Below, piece after piece: positions 29,466 through 39,890 of a stretch of DNA of 64,000 bases; the stretch's first letter is position 1; every line of letters starts with the position of its first letter. The notes beneath the pieces were generated by a model. The model was not told where the DNA came from, ran no database searches, and was given only the letters and a program-made list of their open reading frames with translations. The translations under genes were made by a program, and so were the position numbers. Source of the stretch: an uncultured Acidobacteriota bacterium (GTDB lineage Bacteria > Acidobacteriota > UBA6911); NCBI GenBank assembly GCA_963809485.1, contig CAWEJX010000017.1, positions 64,001-128,000 on the forward strand, written 5' to 3'.

Positions 29466-30686
29466 ATGAATACCGAAACCTGCGATATAGCCATAGTCGG
29501 CGCGGGCATCGTGGGGCTGGCAACCGGGTTGGCCATCTGCTCCCGCTTTCCTCATCGCTCCTTGATGGTGATTGAAAAGGAAGCGGAGCTTGCAGCCCAT
29601 CAGACCGGCCACAACAGCGGTGTGATTCACAGCGGGATCTACTACAAGCCGGGTTCCCATAAGGCAAAACTCTGTGTTGAAGGCGCGCGCCTGATGGCGG
29701 AATTCTGCGATGAAAATGGAGTGCCCTACGACCGATGCGGGAAAATAATCGTTGCCGTCAGGCAGGAAGAACTCTCCCGGCTGCAAACCCTTTACAGGCG
29801 CGGGATAGAAAATGGGATCCAGGGGTTGGAAATGATCGGGCCGGAGCGCATCCGCGAGATAGAACCGCATGCGAAAGCCTTGCGCGCCCTCTATTCTCCG
29901 AATACGGCCATTACCGACTTCACCCGGGTAGCTGCCGCGATGGCGGCAAAAATCGCCGAAAGGGGCGGCAAAGTGGTCCAATCGGCCGAAGTCCTGGCCA
30001 TCAGGCGCTCGGACGGCATTTTCCATCTCGAGACCGCAAGCCAAACCATTGGCTGCCGTCATCTCATCAATTGCGCGGGGCTTCACTCAGACAGAATTGC
30101 CCGAATGATGGGCCTGCGCATCGACAGCCGCCTGATACCCTTTCGCGGAGAGTATTATTTGCTGAGACCGGAGTGCCGTCTGGTCCGCGGGCTCATATAC
30201 CCGGTGCCGGATCCGGAATTCCCTTTCCTGGGCGTTCATTTCACAAAGCGAATCCAGGGAGGTTATGAAGCTGGACCCAATGCCGTGCTTGCTTTCGCCC
30301 GGGAGGGCTATAAATTCCGGGACGTTTGTCTCAGGGATCTTCGGGACATGTTCTGTTTTGCAGGGTTTTGGGCCATGGCGAGGCGCTATTGGAGGACCGA
30401 AGTCTACGAGATTTACAGATCTCTGAGCAAGCGGGCATTTCTCCGGGCGCTTCAACAACTCGTGCCGGACCTGACAGGGAGAGATATCGTCCCCGGAGGT
30501 TCCGGCGTCCGCGCGCAGGTTGTAACGGCTGACGGATCTCTGGTTGATGATTTCTTGATAGTCGAGGGGCCCAATGCCATCAATGTCCTGAATGCTCCCT
30601 CGCCTGCGGCAACCGCTTCCATCGCGATCGGCAGACGCATTGCAGATCTGGCCGCTAATTCCTTCAGTTTGGCCCCCAGTTCCTGA
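29466..30686 (+). CDS. lhgO: L-2-hydroxyglutarate oxidase
   Basis: GAGIVG, HQTGHNSGVIHSGIYYKPGS, PFRGEY, IYPVPDP.FPFLGVHFT, NAPSPAATAS. Confidence 0.95.
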   Translation: MNTETCDIAIVGAGIVGLATGLAICSRFPHRSLMVIEKEAELAAHQTGHNSGVIHSGIYYKPGSHKAKLCVEGARLMAEFCDENGVPYDRCGKIIVAVRQEELSRLQTLYRRGIENGIQGLEMIGPERIREIEPHAKALRALYSPNTAITDFTRVAAAMAAKIAERGGKVVQSAEVLAIRRSDGIFHLETASQTIGCRHLINCAGLHSDRIARMMGLRIDSRLIPFRGEYYLLRPECRLVRGLIYPVPDPEFPFLGVHFTKRIQGGYEAGPNAVLAFAREGYKFRDVCLRDLRDMFCFAGFWAMARRYWRTEVYEIYRSLSKRAFLRALQQLVPDLTGRDIVPGGSGVRAQVVTADGSLVDDFLIVEGPNAINVLNAPSPAATASIAIGRRIADLAANSFSLAPSS

Positions 30687-30824
30687 TTTCGCGGCGGACA
30701 GGTGGAAAGTGATTGTCCTAAATCCACTGCCCCGAAAGCATTTTCACAGAGTCCGATCGTTGATTTTTACAGCGAACCATTGGATATTCTCATTATTTGC
30801 GTCATAGCAAAATTCGGGAAATGA

Positions 30825-30913
30825 CTGCCCTGAAAGGGCAGATTCACGCAGCCCAGGGTAGGCAACCGCTGCAATATCTATCCCGAAGGGATTGTGTCCG
30901 GCAACCGGCTGGG
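30825..30913. repeat. REP-like hairpin cluster (CTGCCCTGAAAGGGCAG, ATCCCGAAGGGAT)
   Basis: Short GAAA/GAA-loop hairpins immediately left of the IS200-type MITE. Confidence 0.45.
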
Positions 30914-30929
30914 AGGATGGATGTCGGGA

Positions 30930-31160
30930 GTCAGGCACCTCCGGCAAAGCTGCAGGCTTGAAAGATTTGAACCGCTCCAAGCGGTTGGACTAGTTACGCC
31001 GGTCTTGAACGCTGACTTACGCGGGCAAAAGCCGATGAAGCGCCTCATCGGCTTTTGCTCGCCGCCCCTCGCCGAACAAATCGGCGTTTGTCCGCGCTTT
31101 TATCAGCGTTTCTCAGCGTTTCAAAATACGGAGCTGTCAAACTCTTTGAGTCCCCCGGCA
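30930..31160 (-). mobile_element. Non-autonomous IS200/IS605-type element (MITE), one end truncated
   Basis: Closely similar to 55274-55470 (GTCAGGCACCTCCGGCAAAGC...GAACCGCTC.AAGCGGTTGG...GTTACGCCGGTCTTGAACGCTGACTTACGC...CAAAATACGGAGCTG.CAAACTCTTTGAGTCC); carries an extra internal hairpin. Confidence 0.8.
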
Positions 31161-31174
31161 TCCGACTTCCTGCC

Positions 31175-31760
31175 CTAAATGGGTTTCGTAAACAGCATCT
31201 CAAACGTGTCCCAGATGCTGCGTTCGGCCTCATACGGAGCGTATTCAAGCCGGCACGTCCTATCCAATATCATGGTCGCTCTGCTTTTCCCGTACGCTTC
31301 CCATTTGCCGAGGCTCTCGCAGCTGGGATTGCCGGTGCGCGCGAAGGCCAGCCAGGCATCCTGGATCTTTCGCGACAATGCATCCGCATCCGGGCCGGAC
31401 CCGCAAAATGTCCTATCGTAGTTGCCAAACACGAATCCAAATCATGACAGGACGGCGCGCACCATCCAGGGCCGGAGTCCAGACGTTCAGAAACAGGCAA
31501 TTTTCGTCCTGCGCCTCATTGACGCTCAGGCTCGCGATCATCGCCGCGCCGGGCAATGGGTTTTGAGGCGCAATGTTTCCGAACTCCTTTGCGGGTCGGA
31601 CTCCATCCCAGGGCTCGACCGGTTGAGGAGGTATCCATCGAAGGCCACCGACCGGCGGAGCTGCATAAGGAATTCCCTTAAAGACAAATATCCCGTCTTC
31701 GTACATCCCTTCAACTTCTCCGGATTTTGTGCGGACGATGGGTTTCATGCCTCCGGTCAT
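31175..31760 (-). pseudogene. Carboxylesterase type B (PnbA-like) with a large internal deletion
   Basis: N-terminal FKGIPYAAPPVG.LRW, EN/DCLFLNVWTP and RPVMIWI jump directly, out of frame, to C-terminal FVFGN...W.AFARTGNP...W..Y...R.TM; the catalytic GxSxG region is absent. Confidence 0.9.
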
Positions 31761-31980
31761 AGCGCCTCCTTTGGGCGGAAACTTATTATCCATAATCCTC
31801 ATCGCTGCCGGCGGACTCACAGAGTGCGATAGTTCCGGGATCAGGCACCGTCACTTCAGGGGAATCATTCCTTCTCCGTTGCTCCGCTTTTCCAGGCGCC
31901 TGAATTTGTAGCGCACTGCCATGTCTCCATAGGACATCTTCCCATCCTTGGAGGGCGATGGGCTTCAACCTGCAAGGGAG

Positions 31981-34206
31981 CTAAAATTGCCTCTGAGCAG
32001 GGCCGAATTTGTTCGGGACCGCCGGATTGTTTTCAATCAGCAAAAGGGTCTGGAGATCCACAACGTAGATGGCCATCGTGGAAGACGCCGCGCCAAATAG
32101 CAGTGAAGCCACTCCGCGGCCGTTTGCGGACATGGTATAAGTGCCGGTTACGGCGATGCCTTCCTGGGGTTCGCCGGCTTCATTGATGTCGGCGATTCCC
32201 GATATGGTTCCAGATTCTCCATCGAAAGTAAGCTGGCCCGAATATATCGTGGATGAGCCCAGCTGTGTTCCGCGCAGCCCAAATCCATAGGTCCCGCTAA
32301 TAGAGGAAACGTTAAATGGCCCGTTGGACTGCTCGCCAATCCGTCCGCCGGAAGCAAGCCAGAGGTCCCTCGAAACGAAAAAGGCTGACTGCGGCGAAAT
32401 CATATACAGCCTGAGATTGTCCGTTGCGCCCGTCCTTACCATGGACGCGTATCCCTGTCCGTTGGCGTCAATCGCATAGCTGCCTGTAAAGGGCACATCT
32501 GTCATAGTGCCGCCCACGTCCCTGTCCTGTGTGCCGCTCGAAATGGCTCCATTGCCATCGGCGGTGAAACGCCCTGCCCCAACCAATTGCGTGGGCGCAT
32601 ACTCGGGCATCCCGCCGCTGAACTCGAACACCAGATTCCCGTTGAGAGAGGCTTTGGAGAAGGGTTCAACGCTCTGGCGCAAGGCCAAACCGATCAGCCC
32701 TCTGCCGGTATCCGTGGAGGAGAAAATGAACGAATCAGCCGAAAGCATGTAATAGGTATAGTGGGTGGTCTGAGTGCCGGCCGTGATGGATAGCTGGCCG
32801 CGGCCGGTTGTGTTGTTCGCCGCAGTGTAGTTGCCTGTGAACCATACGTTGCTTGCCACGGTGCCGTCGTCGTTGGTGTCCTGGATGCCGCTGGAAAGCT
32901 TGCCGGACCCGTTTGCCGTGAACATTCCCGCTGCCGCGATAAAATCTTCGGCAGGGGTGAGGCCGTCATAGCCGAAGGCGAACCGTCCTGAAAGCCCTGT
33001 GGGGAAACTGTCCGGGTCCTGCCTTTCCAGGGCCCCCCACCCTGAGTCCTCTTCACCGAAAGCATTCAACCTTCCAGAATCCGCGCTGGACATGACCAGG
33101 CGCCAGCCGATATCGTTGGTGCCATACAGAATGTTCAAAATGCCCCGGCCGTCAGACCCGATCGAATAAGTCGCTGCGAAAGAAGCGCCGGCAATGGTCG
33201 CCGCCAGGTCATTTACGTCAAAAACTGCATTGGAAATACCTCCTGCGCCATCCGCCACAAAACTCCCGACGACAAAATACGGATTTGGCCCGTTCGCGCC
33301 CCAGAGACGAAGCGTGTAGTGGCCTTGCAGGCTCGCATTCGAAAAGGTAAGGGTGACAATCGCGAGCGCTTTTTGGCTCGGATCCGCTTTCGAGACGGCG
33401 GTCACTGTAACCTTTCCGGAAAGCGGAGGGGCTGAAGGAGCTGTGTAAAGGCCGGAGGCATCGATCGTTCCAAGCGGCCGGTCATTGCCCTCCGCTCCAC
33501 TCAACTTCCAGTCAACGGCGGCGCTGGCGTCGAACTGCTGCGTTGCACCAGCCGCCAGGGTCACAGCTGTCGGGGAAATGGTGACTGAGCTCGGGTCGGT
33601 GACGGTGACCGACGCTGTCGCGCTTTTTGCCATATTCAGTTGCCAGGCTGCCTTAATGGTGACTGTGGCCGGCGAAGGGACGCTCGCGGGCGCCGTGTAG
33701 AGTCCGCTCGAGCTGATTGTTCCGACGGTTGCGTTGCCGCCCTGGATATCGTTGACGAACCAGGCGGCTGCTTTGTTTGAGGTGAACTGCTGCGTCTTTC
33801 CCGCAGGGATGACGGCCACGGCCGGCGAGACTGCCATCTTAGGATAGATGGTTACCGGAGACGTGTCGGATTTCGTCGTGTCCGCCGCTGGAATCGCTTT
33901 GACGGTTACAGTGGCGGGATCAGGGATCGAAGCCGGCGCCGTGTACAGTCCGCCGTTCGTGATAGTGCCCACCGTTTCATTGCCGCCCAGGATGTCATTC
34001 ACGTACCAGCTGACGATGTAACTGCCTTGGTTGACCTCCGAAGAGAACTGCAGTGTTTCTGCAATTTCAAGAGATCCGCTCGCGGGAGAAACAGTGACAG
34101 AGACAGGAGGCGGTGGCGCGATATCATCGCCCCCTCCGCCGCCTCCACCGCAGCCTGTCAGTGTAACGATAGCAGCCAAAAACAGGAGCATTTTCAACGT
34201 TCGCAT
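31981..34206 (-). CDS. Surface lipoprotein with three Ig-like repeats and four beta-rich repeats
   Basis: Lipobox LTGC plus poly-Gly; 3x (VSP...GTI..SGLYTAP...VTV.A); 4x (F..xSL.G.Y.F...G...F.ADG.G.IS); RBS GGAGGT before ATG 34206. Confidence 0.85.
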   Translation of the reverse strand: MRTLKMLLFLAAIVTLTGCGGGGGGGDDIAPPPPVSVTVSPASGSLEIAETLQFSSEVNQGSYIVSWYVNDILGGNETVGTITNGGLYTAPASIPDPATVTVKAIPAADTTKSDTSPVTIYPKMAVSPAVAVIPAGKTQQFTSNKAAAWFVNDIQGGNATVGTISSSGLYTAPASVPSPATVTIKAAWQLNMAKSATASVTVTDPSSVTISPTAVTLAAGATQQFDASAAVDWKLSGAEGNDRPLGTIDASGLYTAPSAPPLSGKVTVTAVSKADPSQKALAIVTLTFSNASLQGHYTLRLWGANGPNPYFVVGSFVADGAGGISNAVFDVNDLAATIAGASFAATYSIGSDGRGILNILYGTNDIGWRLVMSSADSGRLNAFGEEDSGWGALERQDPDSFPTGLSGRFAFGYDGLTPAEDFIAAAGMFTANGSGKLSSGIQDTNDDGTVASNVWFTGNYTAANNTTGRGQLSITAGTQTTHYTYYMLSADSFIFSSTDTGRGLIGLALRQSVEPFSKASLNGNLVFEFSGGMPEYAPTQLVGAGRFTADGNGAISSGTQDRDVGGTMTDVPFTGSYAIDANGQGYASMVRTGATDNLRLYMISPQSAFFVSRDLWLASGGRIGEQSNGPFNVSSISGTYGFGLRGTQLGSSTIYSGQLTFDGESGTISGIADINEAGEPQEGIAVTGTYTMSANGRGVASLLFGAASSTMAIYVVDLQTLLLIENNPAVPNKFGPAQRQF

Positions 34207-34625
34207 AGGGACCTCCATGGATCGCCAATAAAGAAGGGCGGATTTTCAGCTCTCCTTCCATTCACCGTTTCAGATTCAAGTATCAGGAAACTATGTCACC
34301 GCCAGCCTGTTTTCGCAGTCCGGGAAAGACCCTCAGGGCCGGTGTGAATGGAAGGCATTTTATGTCCAAAACCGCCGCATGCAATATGAAATAATTTCAA
34401 ATTTCCGGCAGGCGAAAATGGTCTCGGCCGCGGGCGAAGTTGCAGCAGATTATCCGTCCGGGTCCTGTTCGTAAGCAGGAAGTTCAGGACCAACAGGTTT
34501 GCCATAGATTCCCATTCCATCAAGGCGTTCACATGAATCCGAAGAAAAAATATGGAAATTGGCCGGCCATATTCTTTATGCTGTCGGCCTGCGCACTTAC
34601 AACTCATTGGAAAGGCGGGTATCCC

Positions 34626-35759
34626 ATGCGGAAATCTTTGATAATCGTTGCAGCATGCTTGTTGCTGTCCATGATTGCGGGAGGGTGCTCCTCGCAACAG
34701 AGTTCTACACAGACCGGTTCCACTCAAACCAGCCCAACGCCGGCTGCTTCCCAACCCTGCGACCGGGCTTGCCTCGAAGGATTCGTCGAAAAATACCTGG
34801 ACGCGGCCATCGCCCATGACCCAAAGCTATTGCCTCTTGCTCCGGATTTTATATTCACGGAGAACGGTCAGAGGCTGGAACTCCCCGATGCTCATTGGAA
34901 AATTATGACCGGCAAGGGGAAATACCGGTTGTTCGTTACCGACCCCGATGCCGGGCAGGTGGCCTGCCTGGCGACAATCCGCGAGGAAGGTCCCACGGAA
35001 GAAGGCATAGCTTCCGCCATCGCCCTCAGGTTGAAAATTAAGAACGGTCAAATCACAGAAATCGAAACACTGATCCCGCGCCCGCAAATGCCCATGGGGC
35101 CTGCGGGAAGCGCGGCGGCGGCTCCCCGTTTCCCGAGCACGGCAGAGCTCTACGAAAAGATGGGCACGCCCCATCCTGTGTACCTCGAGACCATCCCTCC
35201 CGCCGAGCGGATGTCACGAGCGGATCTCATCCGAGTCGCCAACATGTACTTTACCGGTTTGGAAAAGAACGACGGCAAGGGTGAGTATCCGTTCACGGAC
35301 GATTGCGTCCGCATTGAGGGAGGCATGCAGACCACGGGCGTTCCCTTGCGCCCCGGAGAGAAACGGCCGGATCCCAAAACGGCAACCATGTATTCAGCCA
35401 GCTGGGGATGCAAGGAGCAGTTTGAATCCGGGCTGATTCACTTCGTGTGGCGCATTCGCGACCGCCGGTACGTCGCGGTCGACCAGGAGCGCGGCATAGT
35501 CTTCAGTTTTGCCTTCTTTGATCACGCGCTCGGCAAGGACCGCACCTTCCAGACGCCGGACGGGCGCACCATAACAGCCGGCCCGATCCAGCCCAATGGC
35601 TGGGAAATCGCCGAATTGTTCAAAATCGAAAAGGGCCTGATCCGCCGGATCGAAGCCATCATGGTTTCGCCGCCCTATGGGATGAACTCCGGTTGGAGCA
35701 CCTGGAAAGAGGGTTTGTCCAGCGAAGCGCGGGATGTGACGGGAGTCGCCGGCCGCTGA
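34626..35759 (+). CDS. Hypothetical lipoprotein with tandem NTF2/SnoaL-like domains
   Basis: Lipobox AGGC; CDRACL, FTENGQ, repeated LKI.NG.I.EIE / FKIEKGLIRRIEA. Confidence 0.75.
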   Translation: MRKSLIIVAACLLLSMIAGGCSSQQSSTQTGSTQTSPTPAASQPCDRACLEGFVEKYLDAAIAHDPKLLPLAPDFIFTENGQRLELPDAHWKIMTGKGKYRLFVTDPDAGQVACLATIREEGPTEEGIASAIALRLKIKNGQITEIETLIPRPQMPMGPAGSAAAAPRFPSTAELYEKMGTPHPVYLETIPPAERMSRADLIRVANMYFTGLEKNDGKGEYPFTDDCVRIEGGMQTTGVPLRPGEKRPDPKTATMYSASWGCKEQFESGLIHFVWRIRDRRYVAVDQERGIVFSFAFFDHALGKDRTFQTPDGRTITAGPIQPNGWEIAELFKIEKGLIRRIEAIMVSPPYGMNSGWSTWKEGLSSEARDVTGVAGR

Positions 35760-35875
35760 TGCGCAATCGGCATTGCATCTGCACGGTGAACCCTGGATGT
35801 CTCGAGCCCTCGCGGGATACAAGCAGCAGGGCACGGTTCGCTGTACCCCTCCGATCTTGACGCCGTAATCCGCCT

Positions 35876-36457
35876 TTACTTGGCGGGCGGCGCGTAGTGG
35901 AATTCGTATTTCGAGGTTAGCGCCACGGCCATGCAAAGGAACGGCTTTTGGAATTTAAGCGTTTCCATGGGGCAATGCCACACCTCCTTAGGGATCACTA
36001 CGACGGTCGGGACCGAGAATATGTGATCCACTTCTTCTCCCTTCGGCCCTATCTTGAAGTTCACTTCTGCCCCAAGTTCGGTGCTGGAGGGATCGGAGCC
36101 TATAAAGTAAATCACCTCGTCATGATCGTGGATGTGCGGCTCCTTGGACGCTCCCAACGGCCCCACCTTTGTTCCGAAAGCATAGATGATATTGCAGGGA
36201 AAGCCGTTGAGTTTGTCTGCGCCCATCGAAAACATGACCGTCTCACCCATTTTGCGGATGGGAATAGGAATGATGCATTTCCCGTACTTGCTCTTCCCGT
36301 CCGCCATTTCGCGGGAGACACCCTGGACAAGAGGACCCGCGTTAAGGGTCCAGCCCAACATGGCATTTGCGGCTGCAACCGCAGCGCCGCCCACGGCCAC
36401 TTCCCTGACAAACCCTCTTCGCGATGTGCCGTTTTTTATCCTGTCGATAAGACTCAT
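35876..36457 (-). CDS. Tat-signal cupin-like hypothetical protein
   Basis: SRRGFVR twin-arginine signal; HIHDHDEVIYFIGSDP...IPKEVWHCP metal-binding cupin pattern. Confidence 0.75.
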   Translation of the reverse strand: MSLIDRIKNGTSRRGFVREVAVGGAAVAAANAMLGWTLNAGPLVQGVSREMADGKSKYGKCIIPIPIRKMGETVMFSMGADKLNGFPCNIIYAFGTKVGPLGASKEPHIHDHDEVIYFIGSDPSSTELGAEVNFKIGPKGEEVDHIFSVPTVVVIPKEVWHCPMETLKFQKPFLCMAVALTSKYEFHYAPPAK

Positions 36458-36654
36458 TGCAATTTTTCCCCTTTCCGAATGGATGATCATCTTTCGAACT
36501 TATGGATTGCGCGAATACGCATACTATTTTACACCGGACTAAGAGCTGAAACGGAATACTATCATGCCCATCCGCGGCGAACGGCCAAGGATTCCCACAT
36601 CGCAGATCGTCAAAGGACCAAAGCCCCGATTGGGCCCTGCCGCGGGCATGGAGC

Positions 36655-38028
36655 CTAATCCTTGAACTCAGTGACAAGCGCGTTAATGCTCTCCTTGGCA
36701 TCGCCCAGGAGCATGCGCGTGTTTGGGGCGGCGAAAAGCGGATTATCTACTCCGGCGAAACCGGCTTTGAGCGAACGCTTCAGCACAATACACACCCGCG
36801 CCTGGTCCACATTGATGATAGGCATTCCGTAAAGGGGTGTCCCTTTTTCTCGCGCTGCGGGGTTGACCACGTCGTTCGCGCCGATCACCACAGCCACATC
36901 CACGGACGCAATCGTCGGGTTAACATCCTGGGGCTCGACCAGCTGTTCATAAGGGACCTGGGCTTCCGCAAGCAGTACATTCATATGCCCCGGCATGCGG
37001 CCGGCCACAGGGTGCACGCAGTACCGGACTTCGCAGCCGTTGGCTTCCAGCAGGTCGCCCAGTTCGCGCACGGCATGCTGCGCCTGGGCAACGGCCATTC
37101 CGTATCCCGGCACAAAGACGACGGATGAAGCAGCCTCGAGCATAAGGTACGCATCTTCGGTGGACACGGTCCTGGCTTCGCCCCGGAAGACTGCTTCTCC
37201 CGAGCCGGCGCCAACTCCTCCGAACATGACGTTGGCCAGGGACCGGTTCATGGCCCGGCACATGATGCGGGTCAGGATCAGGCCGCTGGCGCCTACGAGC
37301 GCACCGGCCACGATCAGGACGTTGTTCATGATCACGAAGCCCGCCCCGCATGCCGCAAGGCCGGAGTAGCTGTTGAGCAGAGAAATCACCACGGGCATGT
37401 CCGCGCCGCCGATCGGAATCGTCACCAGCACGCCCAGGATCAACGAAACGGCCGCCAGCCCGATGAAAACTCCGTACGACCAACCCGGCTGGACACACAC
37501 CCTTGCCGAAGCCGCAATTGCCAGGACGAGCAGAGCCGCATTCAGGATCTTCTGGCCGGAAAACAATGCGGGCCTCCCGTCCATCTTCCCGCCCAGTTTC
37601 GCATAGGCGATCATGCTGCCCGAAAAAGTCACTCCGCCGATAAGAACCGTCGCCCCGATGGCAACCAGCGTGAATATCCGCGCCGATGCCGGGGCCGCAT
37701 GGATCAGGTGGTATTCGGCCCAGCCGACCAGAAGGCTTGCGAGACCTCCAAAACCGTTGAACAGGCCTACCATTTCGGGCATGGCCGTCATCCGGACCCT
37801 GCGCGCAACGACGCCGCCGATTACGGCGCCGCCGATGGAGCCAACGGCGATCCATTCGAAAGACATGCCTGAATAGAGCAGGGTCGCTACTATGGCCAGC
37901 AACATGCCGAGCGAAGAGATCATGTTGCCTTTGCGGGCACTGTCGGTCCGGCTCAACTGCTTCAGCCCGATGATGAACAGGACCGACGCCGCAATATAGA
38001 AATAGGGAATGATGGATTCGAATTTCAC
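36655..38028 (-). CDS. pntB: NAD(P)+ transhydrogenase subunit beta
   Basis: MTAMPEMV, IGGADMPVVISLLNSYSG, VPGYGMAVAQAQH, HPVAGRMPGHMNVLLAEA, GANDVVNPAA. Confidence 0.97.
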   Translation of the reverse strand: MKFESIIPYFYIAASVLFIIGLKQLSRTDSARKGNMISSLGMLLAIVATLLYSGMSFEWIAVGSIGGAVIGGVVARRVRMTAMPEMVGLFNGFGGLASLLVGWAEYHLIHAAPASARIFTLVAIGATVLIGGVTFSGSMIAYAKLGGKMDGRPALFSGQKILNAALLVLAIAASARVCVQPGWSYGVFIGLAAVSLILGVLVTIPIGGADMPVVISLLNSYSGLAACGAGFVIMNNVLIVAGALVGASGLILTRIMCRAMNRSLANVMFGGVGAGSGEAVFRGEARTVSTEDAYLMLEAASSVVFVPGYGMAVAQAQHAVRELGDLLEANGCEVRYCVHPVAGRMPGHMNVLLAEAQVPYEQLVEPQDVNPTIASVDVAVVIGANDVVNPAAREKGTPLYGMPIINVDQARVCIVLKRSLKAGFAGVDNPLFAAPNTRMLLGDAKESINALVTEFKD

Positions 38029-38477
38029 GGCTTGCCCCGGTCCTTGCGCTTGAACATGCTCAACATGCGGTCCGTCACCAGGTATCCCCCGACGACGTTT
38101 ATCATCGCCAGAGCGACCGCCAATGTACCCAGAACAACCATCACGGTCCCCCGTCCGGTGCCAGCCGCGATCAATGCACCGACAACCGTGATCCCGGAAA
38201 TGGCATTGGAGCCGGACATCAGGGGGGTGTGCAGCTGGGAAGGGACCTTGGAAATCATCTCGAAACCGAGAAAGATGGCGAGCACGAACACAAAGATCAG
38301 CAAACCCATGCCGCCCTCATTCCCGCTTTCCTGCGCGGCCGTTCCTTCACTCCGTGCGGGCTGCGCCGCATGACCGGCCATGCCTTTGTCAGAGGGCCCG
38401 GGCGAAGCCTGAACAGCGGCCGTTCCCGCAAGGATCAGCAAGCCGCATATCCCCGCAACAAGCCATGTTCTCTTCAT
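38025..38477 (-). CDS. pntAB: NAD(P)+ transhydrogenase subunit alpha part 2, with N-terminal signal-like extension
   Basis: KVPSQLHTPLMSGSNAISG, INVVGGYLVTDRML.MF; ATG 38477 overlaps the pntAA stop. Confidence 0.92.
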   Translation of the reverse strand: MKRTWLVAGICGLLILAGTAAVQASPGPSDKGMAGHAAQPARSEGTAAQESGNEGGMGLLIFVFVLAIFLGFEMISKVPSQLHTPLMSGSNAISGITVVGALIAAGTGRGTVMVVLGTLAVALAMINVVGGYLVTDRMLSMFKRKDRGKP

Positions 38478-39622
38478 CCCTTCTTCTCCCACCGTTCGAC
38501 CAGCGCCCTGAGATTGGCGTTGCGGATCACTCCTTCGTGCACGACGAGGCACCCATCCATGATTTCGTCTTTGGTATCCAGCTTCAGCGCATTGGTCCCG
38601 GCGTCCCAGAAGTGCTCGACAAGATTTCCCAGGTTATTGGAATACATGAGGCTCGCATGGGCGGCGACACGCCCCGGGAGGTTGCCAATGCCGATCACAC
38701 GGACTCCGCCGATGTCGACTTCACGGTTCAGCTCGGATCCTTCGACATTTCCGCCTGTCTCAACCGCCATGTCCACGACGATGCTTCCCGGCTTCATGCC
38801 CTCGACCATCGCGCGGGTCAGTATGCGCGGAGCGGGCCGGCCAAATACCAGTGCGGTCGTAATCACAACGTCCGCCATGGCGGCGTGTTTTGCCATGGCT
38901 TGGCGCTGCAGTTCGAGCTGGCCGGGAGTCAATTCCAGAGCATATCCATCTTTCGTCTGGCCGGTATCCCCGAGGTCCACGCGCACGAAACGCGCACCCA
39001 GCGATTGCACCTGCTCAGCCACCCCGGGACGCGTATCAAACGCCTCCACGCGCGCTCCCAGGCGCCTGGCCGTGGCGATGGCCTGCAGGCCGGCCACGCC
39101 CGCGCCGATGATGAACACCCTGGCCGGCGCGATAGTGCCGGACGCTGTCATCATCATCGGAAATATCCGGTTCAGCCGCTCGGCCGCAATTATGACGGCT
39201 GCATAACCGGCCAGACTGGCCTGGGAACTCAGAGAATCCATTTTCTGGGCGATGGTCGTACGCGGGATCATTTCCATGCAGATCGCGCTTACCCCGGCAT
39301 CCGCCAGCCTCTTCAGAATCTCCGGATTTTGAAACGGATCGAGATGGCCGATATGGATGCAGCCTTCCCTCATTAAGGCCACCTCGTCGAGTGCCGGGGG
39401 GCGCAGCCGCAGCACGATATCGGCGGAACGCAAGCAACCGACTCTGTCCGGATTGACTTCGGCGCCGGCTTCCTCATATTCGCTGTCGCGAACCGCGATG
39501 GATGCCGCCAGACCGGACTCAACAATCACAGAGGCGCCGAGCTGCCTGAGTTTCTTTATGGTTTCCGGCACCACTGCAACGCGCGACTCGCCGGGTGTCT
39601 CTTTGGGAACAAACAGTTTCAC
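38474..39622 (-). CDS. pntAA: NAD(P)+ transhydrogenase subunit alpha part 1
   Basis: VPKE..GE.RVA, RTTIAQKMDSLSSQ, GAGVAGLQAIATA, GYA.EL, GGNVEGS; GTG start with GAGGAGG RBS. Confidence 0.96.
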   Translation of the reverse strand: MKLFVPKETPGESRVAVVPETIKKLRQLGASVIVESGLAASIAVRDSEYEEAGAEVNPDRVGCLRSADIVLRLRPPALDEVALMREGCIHIGHLDPFQNPEILKRLADAGVSAICMEMIPRTTIAQKMDSLSSQASLAGYAAVIIAAERLNRIFPMMMTASGTIAPARVFIIGAGVAGLQAIATARRLGARVEAFDTRPGVAEQVQSLGARFVRVDLGDTGQTKDGYALELTPGQLELQRQAMAKHAAMADVVITTALVFGRPAPRILTRAMVEGMKPGSIVVDMAVETGGNVEGSELNREVDIGGVRVIGIGNLPGRVAAHASLMYSNNLGNLVEHFWDAGTNALKLDTKDEIMDGCLVVHEGVIRNANLRALVERWEKKG

Positions 39623-39890
39623 TCGCCGCCATCCTCCTCGCGATATTGCATAAAAAGCCTGGCTCAACGGCTCTAAACACAGGTTACCGGAATGGGAGCC
39701 AGGATGCCAGCCGGGCTTGCAGCATGATCCCTACCAATTTCCCGGCATTGGGGCGGGAAACCCATCGCGCCGCGAGGTAAAGGATAGCGACATGAAGCTG
39801 CGCTTCCTGCGAGGAAGGGATCCCTATAGATATCGAGCGAGTCCGGTACCGGCGAAAAAGCGATTCAAGCAAGGCGCAGGATCGTTCTAT

